DNA of 64,000 bases from Candidatus Latescibacterota bacterium (GTDB lineage: Bacteria > Latescibacterota > UBA2968 > UBA8231), in NCBI GenBank assembly GCA_965217585.1, contig OZ244561.1:3168001-3232000 (forward strand), given 5' to 3'. Positions 19,072 through 27,492 of this stretch are shown here, in pieces. Under the pieces are notes generated by a model, which had not been told where the DNA came from, searched no databases, and saw only the letters and a list, made by a program, of their open reading frames with translations. Numbering within the stretch: position 1 is the first letter of the stretch; every line of letters begins with the position of its first letter. The translations under genes were made by a program, and so were the position numbers.

Positions 19072-20245
19072 GGCTTTGTTGCATGAAAGGCGGGTGTATG
19101 TGTTGGCTGCTTGGGTATTTGGTTTACGCTTTTTTGCTTATCGGATAAGACTCGGGTTTAGCGATCTGTAGCATCCGGTTGAGCAGGGCACCGCCCAACC
19201 GCGTTTCGGTCTGTTGGTTGGGTAGGATTCGGGCGCGCAAGGTGTCGCCCAGAATCTGTTTATAGCGGCTCATCTGGGTTTCGGCGATGGAGCGGCGATG
19301 ATAGCCGCTGTCGTTTTTCCACGCTCGCCGGCCCCGTTTTCGGATGACTCGAATCGTCTCATCGCGGGGCAACGGCTCGGCTTTTGTGTTGCCATGTTGC
19401 TCTATCTTGGCGTTTTTGCGCGGCGGAATGATCGGTCGAATGGGCGGTCCCTGTTCGGGCGCGGCCAACGCCTCGAAGACCTTGCGCGTATCATAGGCTC
19501 CATCACCGCCCAATGCCTCGATAGAGGCTTGGACTTGCGCTAGCAGGGGCTCAACCTGCCCCGCATCATCTTGGCTTGGGGTCGTCAAGGTCTGCGCGAC
19601 GATCTGGCCGGTGGCTTCATGGATCCCCAAGTGCAGCTTGCGCCAGGTAGGTCGCTTGTTCCAGCCGTGCTGACGCACCCTCCACTCCCCTTCACCAGAG
19701 ACCTTCAACCCGGTCGAATCCACCACCAAATGGATCGGCTCGGTCGGCTGTTGGGGGAACCAATCCACCGCCAAACCCGCTTGACGCCGGGACCAGGTCG
19801 AGTGATCTGGCACCGCCAAGTCTACCCCCATCAGACGCATAAGGGACGCGACAAAGCCTTCGGTTTGGCGCAGCGGCAAATGATAGATCATCCGCAGGGT
19901 CAACACCGTTGGGATGGCCCCATCCGAAAAAGTGTATTGGGCCCCCGCTGTTTAGGGCCTTGGTAATACCATACGCGGGTCAGGTCGGCGGGAAACCACA
20001 CCGTCAGACTCCCACGCTGTTTAAGCCCCGCGTCGTAGGCCGGCCAATTCCGCACGCGATACCCTCCCTTGGAGCGACGGCGACGGGGCTTGACCGAGGA
20101 GGAGCGAGACGATACCTTGGGCATGACAGGTTCCTTGGAAGAAAAGGCGTGGATTTTTTGGCGAAAAGGTCCTGCCCAAGCTACTAAGGAACCTGTCTTG
20201 GTTCAACCGAGACGCTAAAAAATCGACGATTCATGCACCAAAGCC
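19072..20245 (-). mobile_element. IS5 family (IS903 group) insertion sequence
   Basis: Terminal IRs ggctttgttgcatgaa (19072) and ttcatgcaccaaagcc (ending 20245), 15/16 match. No matching target duplication. Confidence 0.88.
19124..20124 (-). pseudogene. IS5 transposase, frameshifted
   Basis: YRVRNW..Y..GL.QRGSLTVW, then VDSTGLK..GEGEW, DGAYD and YHRRS.AET in a second frame. The shift falls at a homopolymer near 19942-19946. Confidence 0.85.
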
Positions 20246-21043
20246 CTCTTTTGGCAGTACTCAGGCACGACTCGGAATTTGCCTTAGGACAGTTTCTTAG
20301 GCTCGTCGAATCTCGGGATAGCCAACCTAGTGATGATCGCTTACTGGCAACACCGGATGTGCAGCGTTTCATTCGTTATGGGCTATACGAGCATTTCGAG
20401 GATCTTCAAATCGTCGTTGAGAAGATGCTACGGTCAAACTTTCCTAAAACGAGTCAGAGTGGTGCTCGGTTGGCGAGCATTGCTTTGCTTCTTCAGTACG
20501 ATAATGCCGAAGATCTTGTAGAAGAAGCGCTTCGTGGTAACTCCTCACAAAGGCTAGGAGTGGCTCAAGTAGCGTCTGGCAATATTGGCGAGGAGGCGTG
20601 ACAGGCAATGGTCAGAGAAAAAACTTCTACTACTTTTTGATGACGATGATAGTGAGGTTCGCCAAGAAGCCGCAGCATGTTTCCGAAACTTGGAAGAACA
20701 ATCTCTGGAATCTTACGAAAATCTGATAACCAGATTCTGCTATAGCGCAGCCTACCAAGAAGACTCGTTTTCCTTAATTTATGTGCTTGAGAAATCTTCG
20801 TATAGGCTACCCGGCATTACGTGTTTTGTATGCAAAAAATTTCTCGAACGGTTTAGCGAGGAGGCGAATGATATGCGTACTAATCGGGCAGGGGATATTT
20901 CGAGTGTGTCAAAGTTAATTTTACGAACGTATCATCAACACCAACGTGATAAATGGGCAGCTAAATGCCTCGATCTAATAGACCAGATGTGTCTTGAAAA
21001 AAGTTACGCTATTCGCACAGATCTGAATGAATACGAACGGTGA
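20246..21043 (+). pseudogene. C-terminal remnant of a large helical/HEAT-repeat protein (possibly a STAND-NTPase tail)
   Basis: Lower-GC coding sequence starting at the IS end, frameshift near 20598, HEAT-like LFDDDDSEVRQEAA motif. Confidence 0.55.
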
Positions 21044-21061
21044 GATATATAGGAGATTAAA

Positions 21062-21700
21062 ATGTACGACGAATGGAAGCCCATCTACTCGGCTTTAGTT
21101 ACCGACATCATGGACCAACTCGGCTACCGCGATCAAGCCATGACCCCTGATATCCGGCCTAGCCGCCCCGACGCCTCTATCGCCGGTCCGGCGCTCACTA
21201 TCGACGCGTACGCCGATACCAGCCCCGACCCCGATCCCTACGGCCAAATTTTTGCCGCCTACGATCAAGCTAGCCCCGGCGACGTTTTCGTCATTGCCAC
21301 CAACGGCGAAGAGCGTTCCGGCCTCTGGGGCGAGCTTCTCTCCACGGCGGCCCAAGCTCGCGGCGTCGAATCCGTGCTCACCGACGGCTTGGTCCGCGAT
21401 GTGCGCCAGATGAACGCCATGGGCTACCACTGCTTCTGCAAAGGCTATTCGCCGCTCGACTCGGCGGGCCGCATCCTCGCCAAGACGATCAACCAACCGA
21501 TCACCTGCGGCGGCGTGCAGGTTCACCCCGGCGATTTTATTCTAGCCGACTACGATGGTGTGGCGGTGATTCCGGCGGCGATCAAAGGCGAAGTCCACAA
21601 AAAGGCCATGGAAAAGCTCGCCGGGGAAAACGTCGTGCGCGATGAATTGGCTGCGGGGCAGTCGCCGAGGGAGGTCTTTGATCGCTATGGGATACTGTGA
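21062..21700 (+). CDS. RraA/HMG aldolase family protein
   Basis: WGELLS.AA..RG, DG.VRD and V.PGD.I.AD.DGV motifs. AGGAG RBS. Confidence 0.9.
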   Translation: MYDEWKPIYSALVTDIMDQLGYRDQAMTPDIRPSRPDASIAGPALTIDAYADTSPDPDPYGQIFAAYDQASPGDVFVIATNGEERSGLWGELLSTAAQARGVESVLTDGLVRDVRQMNAMGYHCFCKGYSPLDSAGRILAKTINQPITCGGVQVHPGDFILADYDGVAVIPAAIKGEVHKKAMEKLAGENVVRDELAAGQSPREVFDRYGIL

Positions 21701-21831
21701 TTGTTGGACGCTCATAGACGACTATGTAATTCAGTTTCATCTAACAACACTTGATTCGCTTGGGTCTGTTCAGTATCGTAACTTTTAAACGGGTCAAGTC
21801 ATATTCGCAGCCTTAAATGAAGGAGAGACCT

Positions 21832-22023
21832 GTGCCCACGCGTTTTACAGCCGTAATAACCAAGAGCGAAGATTTGCCTTTATTCGTCGCTCGTTGCCCC
21901 CAGGTAGGCACGGCTAGCCAAGGAAAGACTGAGGAGGAAGCATTGAAAAACCTCAAAGAGGCTACCGAGCTGTACTTGGAAGAAGTCACAGACTCTTCAC
22001 ACCAGACTCTTCACCTTGCCTAG
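21832..22023 (+). CDS. hicB: HicB family antitoxin
   Basis: FVA.CP.VG.ASQGKT.EEAL.NLKEA.ELYLE motif. GTG start after AGGAG. Confidence 0.88.
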   Translation: MPTRFTAVITKSEDLPLFVARCPQVGTASQGKTEEEALKNLKEATELYLEEVTDSSHQTLHLA

Positions 22024-22249
22024 CCTTCCCTCTGGAATCTCAGCTAGAAAAGCCCAGCGTGCTCTTGAGCGCTTGGGCTTTTATTTTGTCCGGCAGAAGG
22101 GCAGCCATATTGTACTTAAGCGGCCACATCCCACAGGTGCGGAGGATGTAATCGTTCTTCCCAACCATAAGGAAATTGATAAATGGACGCTAGGGGATAG
22201 CCTAAAATTGGGAAATGTCGGCATAGACGAGTTTTTAGAGTCACTCTGA
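22016..22249 (+). CDS. hicA: HicA family mRNA interferase toxin
   Basis: LERLGF..VRQKGSH and V.P.H.EI..TL motifs. Overlaps hicB. Confidence 0.88.
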   Translation: MPSLPSGISARKAQRALERLGFYFVRQKGSHIVLKRPHPTGAEDVIVLPNHKEIDKWTLGDSLKLGNVGIDEFLESL

Positions 22250-22259
22250 CCAAGTAATA

Positions 22260-22505
22260 ATGGATTACATGGAAATGGAAGCTGGTTTACCACTGGAAGC
22301 AGGCGGCCCCTTTATGCTCGTCGTTCTCATTCTCAAGGCAATCGAACGGCTCTGGCGCTCGGGCGACGATTACGACGACGATAAGCATCGCTACTATATG
22401 AAGGATCCTCGTTATAGGAAAGAGTGGATCGAGAGGGAGGGGCACAAGCGGCGTGCGGATTTTATACGGCTAAGCGATTCGTGGCAGAAATACGAGCGAA
22501 ACTAA
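22260..22505 (+). CDS. Small hypothetical protein with a short hydrophobic segment and charged tail
   Basis: 81-aa ORF with PFMLVVLILKAI. No family recognised. Confidence 0.4.
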   Translation: MDYMEMEAGLPLEAGGPFMLVVLILKAIERLWRSGDDYDDDKHRYYMKDPRYRKEWIEREGHKRRADFIRLSDSWQKYERN

Positions 22506-22695
22506 TGATAATACACCCCGACTAGGGGGTTCTCTCTCTGGTAGCGGTCGTTATCGCGGTATTCCACGCGCGCGTTGGGCTTCACCAGTTCCACCACCAT
22601 CAGTCTCGCATCGGCTCCGCCGGCGTCTTGTGGGGTTTCGACGGATTAACTACAGTAAGATTGAGCCGACACACCCCGCCGAGGCAGGCAAGCAA

Positions 22696-22782
22696 ATGAT
22701 CGCATTTTTAATCTCACTCCTGCTCGATCTACCATTCGCAATTTTCCATTATCGCAAACGCAAGCGCAAGCGTAAGCAGTAG
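22696..22782 (+). CDS. 28-aa peptide MIAFLISLLLDLPFAIFHYRKRKRKRKQ
   Basis: Hand-translated. First unit of a tandem duplication sharing leader and tail DNA with 22830-22925. Confidence 0.5.
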   Translation: MIAFLISLLLDLPFAIFHYRKRKRKRKQ

Positions 22783-22829
22783 CGTCGATCACATCGACGT
22801 GAGCCCACACACCTCGCCGAGCGCAGCAA

Positions 22830-22925
22830 ATGATCTTACTGGAACTCCTGATCGAGCTACTGGCCCCACTGCTAGGAGCGATAGACGACTTTCGCGCACA
22901 AAGGCGCAAGCGCAAGAAGCGGTAG
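22830..22925 (+). CDS. 31-aa peptide MILLELLIELLAPLLGAIDDFRAQRRKRKKR
   Basis: Hand-translated. Same leader (acacacc.cgccgag...agcaaATGATC) and same end (cgcaagcgcaag...TAGcgtcga) as the first unit. Confidence 0.5.
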   Translation: MILLELLIELLAPLLGAIDDFRAQRRKRKKR

Positions 22926-22943
22926 CGTCGACGGCATCGGCTT

Positions 22944-23159
22944 CGCCGGCGTCCGGGTTTGACTACCGATAAACCCAAGTATTGCTCCATAATTCACTCC
23001 TAGCGATCCTATACCCCATCCAGCGCCTGCGCAAAATCCGCGCACAAATCCTCGGCGGCCTCAATGCCGCACGCCACTCGCACCAAGCCGTCGGCTATGC
23101 CCATGGTCGCCCGCTCTTCTCGGCTCAAGCCGCTGTGCGACGTGGTGACGGGCCGAGTG
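22944..23159 (-). repeat. Direct repeat B: orphan copy of the last ~50 codons plus 3' flank of the gene at 26334-27473
   Basis: Aligns with 26257-26484 and encodes TRPVTTSHSGL.REERA.MGIADGLVRVACGIEAAEDLCADFAQAL..V*. Confidence 0.95.
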
Positions 23160-24571
23160 CGGAACGGTACCCCGCAGCTCCACACCCTTCCCCCGATGAT
23201 CCGCAAGGCGGAAAAGACGCCGCCTTGCTCTAGCCCGCGAGACAACCGACCACACCACCAACACCCCCGACCGTCTTGCTCCCGATTGCTCGTCTCACGT
23301 CTTGGCCGCTTGCCCCCCAAGACTTTGACCCACGCGGAACCCATGCAGGAGAATTGAGAGCGCCAAAGCCCGCAGGAGAGGACGGAGCAGGCCCCCACAG
23401 ACCCGCCCAAGTGTGAGACTGCAATCGAAAAGACCCCAAAGACGAGAAAAATAGCTTACGGCCCCGCAAGGCCGACGCCGCACCATTCTGGATGATCGAC
23501 GGTAGACTTGCCTGCTGATTCTTCCGAGGGGATATAGATATAATCATCATACATATAAGCCTCTAAATCTTGCTCAGTTTCACCAGGAAATGGACATAAA
23601 TGGAAATTATTGGTCCGTTCTCTAATCCAACAACTAGGCAATCCTTTTTCAGGATTATAAGTCGGGAGTCTTTCTAATCCAGATTCATATTTAACATTCC
23701 ATCCTATATCCTCAAAAACACCTAATGTTGTTCGGGAAATATTAGGCAGGCCATTATCGTGCAGCCAATAGGTCGTAAAAAACCCCCACTTCATTGGCGA
23801 AAATAACAGCCAATGATATGCCGCCCTCGGTTTTACAAGTGATTGAGGTTCTAGAGGGATGCCTTTGTGTATTTCGGTATGATCTGGTGCCATTAAGTGG
23901 TATTGTCGGACTCCATTTGGACCAGTATACCATACAGTAAAATTATCATCCCATTCTATATGTCTATTCCATACAGGGGAAACGCCAATGCCGAAGACGT
24001 GCCCTAACTCATGGTGAAATACCTTTCTCCATGTGTCCTCTATTTTAATGTCTATCCACTCTGAATCCCAATTTTCAATAATACTGCTTTCTATATCCTC
24101 TCCATTTATACGTATGGTTCCAATAAGTGGAATATCTCCACCCGGTCTAAAAAGTGAGGCTCCTCCTAATCCCCAAGGGGATACATCCCAAACCGCGTCT
24201 TTATAATTGCCCGTTTCTTCGGTCAATTTATCTACATAGAGAAGAAAATCATCAATTCTTCTGCCTTCTTGGAACCTTATCCTACGTCCCTGATGGATTT
24301 GCACCGTCGTCGTTACATCAAAGACATAGTCGTCCATTCCGCCAAAAAAATGTTCCCATTGGGATACGATCTCTCGTATCCATTCCTCTTTGTCTGGATC
24401 AAATGAATCCAAAAAGATCAGCTCAATATTGAAGCTATGATCGGCCCACGTGGTAAAATTTTCTTCTGCAAAGACCCAATCTGACGGCCCATCGCTATTT
24501 TCGGCCCGGACAGCCCATCGGTATTCCGTGCTCGGCTCAAGGTCATAGATGGTATTGTACAGCCTAGTGCC

Positions 24572-25838
24572 CCAGGGCAATCGCATTATAAATGGCCATG
24601 CGACAAAAGTTTAGCCAGATATTTGTGGTCCCAGCCAGCCTTGAGCCGTTTGGTTTGCATGCCGGCTTTGGTCGTTTTGTCTTGCTGGAGTAGATTGAGC
24701 GCGATGTGGCGTATAACGGCCATATTTTCGGGGCCATGCCCCCGGCGTATGCGGGACTGATCTTCGTTGAAGACGACATCAAGGATCCAGTGTAATGCAT
24801 TCTCAATAGCCCAATGCCCGCGCACGGCCTGCCCCAACCGTTGGGCGTTGTTGTCCAGCGTGGAGATATAGTAACGTCGTTCGACCGAAACAGTATCGCC
24901 GCAGCGCCGGGTGGCCTCGACCATACCAAACAGGCGTAAGCCCGGCCACAGGGCATGCCCGGCAAAATCCTCGATCTGGTCGGTGGTCCAGTACTGCCGC
25001 GTTTCGCAACGCCCGTGGTTTTCGTCCTGAGTACCCCAATAATCTACGGCGGGATCAGCGTGGAGTTTCGAGTCGGAACGGTCAAAAAGCTGTTGGAGAT
25101 GGGCGTGGAGTTTGGGTTGATTGGCCTTGACGGCCAGCACATAGTCGGCCTCTTGTTCGACGACCTGTTCGGCCGTGCTCGTATGACACCCCAACGCATC
25201 GGTGGTGACCAGGCAGCCTTTGAGGCCTAACACGCGTAATAATTCGGGGATAATCGAGATTTCTTCCAAGGCTTCTTCACCATGGAATTGTCCCAAGACC
25301 AGCCGATTTTTTACCGCCCAAGCATGCACCATGTGGATGGCGGCTTGGCCCGAGCCTGTATCGTAGGAGCGGCGCAGCGTCTTGCCATCCAGCGGCACGA
25401 TCTCGCCTTCGTCGGCCAACTTCGGCATCAGCGATTGCACCCAAGCGGTGAAACAGTCTTGGAAATGCCAAGGCGAAATACGGGCCAACACGCGACCGAA
25501 GGTATCATGCGAGGGGATGCCGTTGGGCAAAGCCAAGAACGTCTTAAGCCAGTCGGTTTTAGCCCGGCCAAATTCGGCGATCGCCACCCAGTTGTCGGCC
25601 CCGCAGATAGAGCCACACACCGCAATCATGAGAATATCAATCAAGCGATGCGCCCGACAACGCTCCATACGCGGGTCGGGGATATCGGCCAGATAATCCA
25701 GCAACCCTGAAGACGATGAGGGCATGAAGAAACACTCCGAGCAAGAGGGAAATGGGAGGACATGAAGCTAATCTCCATAGAACGGCCAAAAGTAACATAA
25801 CCGCATGGTAAAAATCAACTTATAATGCGATTGCCCTG
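24572..25838 (-). mobile_element. ISAs1 family insertion sequence
   Basis: Perfect 19-bp IRs cagggcaatcgcattataa. Target duplication cctagtgcc at 24563-24571 and 25839-25847. Confidence 0.95.
24586..25725 (-). CDS. ISAs1 transposase
   Basis: IPSHDTF.RV, DGKTLR.S, T.DA.GC, DYVLAVK.NQ and HW.IEN.LHW.LDV.F.ED motifs. Confidence 0.95.
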   Translation of the reverse strand: MPSSSSGLLDYLADIPDPRMERCRAHRLIDILMIAVCGSICGADNWVAIAEFGRAKTDWLKTFLALPNGIPSHDTFGRVLARISPWHFQDCFTAWVQSLMPKLADEGEIVPLDGKTLRRSYDTGSGQAAIHMVHAWAVKNRLVLGQFHGEEALEEISIIPELLRVLGLKGCLVTTDALGCHTSTAEQVVEQEADYVLAVKANQPKLHAHLQQLFDRSDSKLHADPAVDYWGTQDENHGRCETRQYWTTDQIEDFAGHALWPGLRLFGMVEATRRCGDTVSVERRYYISTLDNNAQRLGQAVRGHWAIENALHWILDVVFNEDQSRIRRGHGPENMAVIRHIALNLLQQDKTTKAGMQTKRLKAGWDHKYLAKLLSHGHL

Positions 25839-26116
25839 CCTAGTGCCCTTGTGCGGCTCATTGGTCCAGCGGCCTTCCAACGTCCGATAGTTCACGTCGT
25901 AATCGGTAGCTCCAGCCACGGCGTCCCAGCGCACCCGAGCAGATGAATCGGAAAGCACCTCACTCCGCAGGTTCGTCGGCTCTCTTGGCGCGTCTTGAGA
26001 CGCGGTGAGCTTGCCGGCCGAAGAAAGAGGAGCGGGCCGATCCTTGGAGCAAGCGATAAGAGCAAGGGAGATAAGTACTACGAGAGTGCGGAGCATAAGG
26101 GCACCTCATCAGGTGA

Positions 26117-26175
26117 GAGAGTAGACAAGTTTCTTTTTTTATAGATAGGAGAAAAGTCGGGCCTTGTCTACTCTC
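26117..26175. repeat. Perfect 13-bp inverted repeat around a 33-bp AT-rich spacer, upstream of the lipoprotein gene
   Basis: gagagtagacaag (26117-26129) and cttgtctactctc (26163-26175). Confidence 0.85.
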
Positions 26176-26333
26176 ATTGCTCCGCTTTTCCTCGTCGCGC
26201 CAGGTCAACACAGCTTCCCGTTGATCTGGCTCCATTTTTGCTTGCTAGAGGGTTTCCGCCGGCGTTGGGTTTAAGTACCGATAAACCCTAGAGCGATTTG
26301 TATTGCTGCTTCCATAATTCACTCCTAGCGACC

Positions 26334-27473
26334 CTACACCTCAGCCAGCGCCTGCGCAAAGTCCGCGCACAAATCCTCGGCGGCCTCAATGCCGCACGCC
26401 ACTCGAACCAAACCGTCGGCTATGCCCATGGCCGCCCGCTCCTCTCGACGCAAGCCGCTGTGCGACGTGGTGACTGGCCGAGTGATGAGGGTTTCGACCC
26501 CGCCGAGACTGGGGGCTGACGCCGGCAAAACCAGCTTGGACAGCAACCGCTCGGCGGCCTCCACGCCCCCGTGCAGCTCAAAGCTCAATACCCCACCCGC
26601 CCCGGCAAACAGCCGCTGCGCCCGCTCGTATTGCGGATGGCTTTCCAGCCCTGGGTAATTCACTCGTGCCACCTGTGCCTGCTCGGCCAAAAAGTGCGCT
26701 AGCCGCAACCCATTTTCGTCGTGTTGCCGCATTCTCAGCGATAGGGTTTTCAAGCCCCGTTGCAGCAGAAAGCAGGCGTGGGGATCTAGTGAGCCGCCCA
26801 AGTGATTCAGCTTGTGTCTAATGGCTGTGACGTGTGCAGCCGAGCCGACGACCACGCCCGCGACGATATCCGAATGGCCGTTGAGATACTTGGTCGCGCT
26901 GTGCAGTTCTATATCAAACCCGATTTCCAGCGGGCGGAAGTTGCACGGCGAGGCAAAGGTATTGTCGATCAGCGAGACTAGTCCGTGCTCGCGGGCAAAC
27001 GCCACTACTGCCTCTAAATCCGCAACCTCTAATAGCGGGTTGGTCATGGTCTCCACGTAGATCGCCCGCGTCTCGGGCCGCAGCTTGGCCGCCCACGTCT
27101 CAGGCGCGTTGCCAGCGATAAAGTCGTAGCTCAGCCCCAAATCTGGCGCATCCTGCGTCACAAAGCTGTGCGTACCCCCGTAAAGGCAGTCTTGGATCAG
27201 CAGGTGATCGCCGCTGTTGAGTACGGTCAGCAGCGCCGTGGTGATCGCCGCCATTCCCGAGCCGGCGACTAAGGCGTCCTCGCCGCCGCAGACAGAGGCC
27301 AGTTTGGCGTGCAAGGCGCGGTGATTGGGCGTGTTGTTGAGGCGGAGATAGCGGATGGCGTCGTAGTCCTGCTCGTCTTGCGAGACAAAAGTCGAGCTCT
27401 GGAAGATCGGTAGCACCACGGCACCGTCGATGCGCTCCTCGCCAGCGTGGACGAGGCGGGTCTGAATATCCAT
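26334..27473 (-). CDS. PLP-dependent trans-sulfuration enzyme (cystathionine gamma-synthase/lyase family)
   Basis: SGMAAI, YGGT, ET.TNP, DNTFASP, HSATKYLNGHSD and SLGGVETL motifs. Confidence 0.92.
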   Translation of the reverse strand: MDIQTRLVHAGEERIDGAVVLPIFQSSTFVSQDEQDYDAIRYLRLNNTPNHRALHAKLASVCGGEDALVAGSGMAAITTALLTVLNSGDHLLIQDCLYGGTHSFVTQDAPDLGLSYDFIAGNAPETWAAKLRPETRAIYVETMTNPLLEVADLEAVVAFAREHGLVSLIDNTFASPCNFRPLEIGFDIELHSATKYLNGHSDIVAGVVVGSAAHVTAIRHKLNHLGGSLDPHACFLLQRGLKTLSLRMRQHDENGLRLAHFLAEQAQVARVNYPGLESHPQYERAQRLFAGAGGVLSFELHGGVEAAERLLSKLVLPASAPSLGGVETLITRPVTTSHSGLRREERAAMGIADGLVRVACGIEAAEDLCADFAQALAEV

Positions 27474-27492
27474 GTAGATTTCCTTAGCTGGT

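Larger units (their letters stand above)
23456..26096 (-). pseudogene. Lipoprotein with fibronectin-III and HEXXH (leishmanolysin-like) metalloprotease domains, interrupted by ISAs1
   Basis: LIAC lipobox, Fn3 split at HKGTR|LYNTI, HELGHVFGIG motif. Removing the IS and one target duplication restores a 454-aa frame. Confidence 0.85.

Noticed and set aside
19942-19946. Programmed frameshift in the IS5 transposase
   Set aside because: IS903-group transposases are normally a single ORF. A 1-bp homopolymer deletion (mutation or sequencing error) is simpler.
22365-22385. DDYDDDK resembling a FLAG tag
   Set aside because: Not DYKDDDDK and no vector context, so coincidental.
22664-22935. Possible CRISPR-like repeat-spacer pattern
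   Set aside because: Only two degenerate units, open reading frames between them, and no cas genes.
22646-22990. 114-aa minus-strand ORF with an RBS
   Set aside because: Its start comes from repeat B, and the rest is the antisense of the peptide units with no protein-like character.
23160-23450. Unexplained ~290-bp segment between repeat B and the protease stop
   Set aside because: No convincing ORF, RNA motif or repeat recognisable by eye. An Rfam or BLASTN search would be needed.
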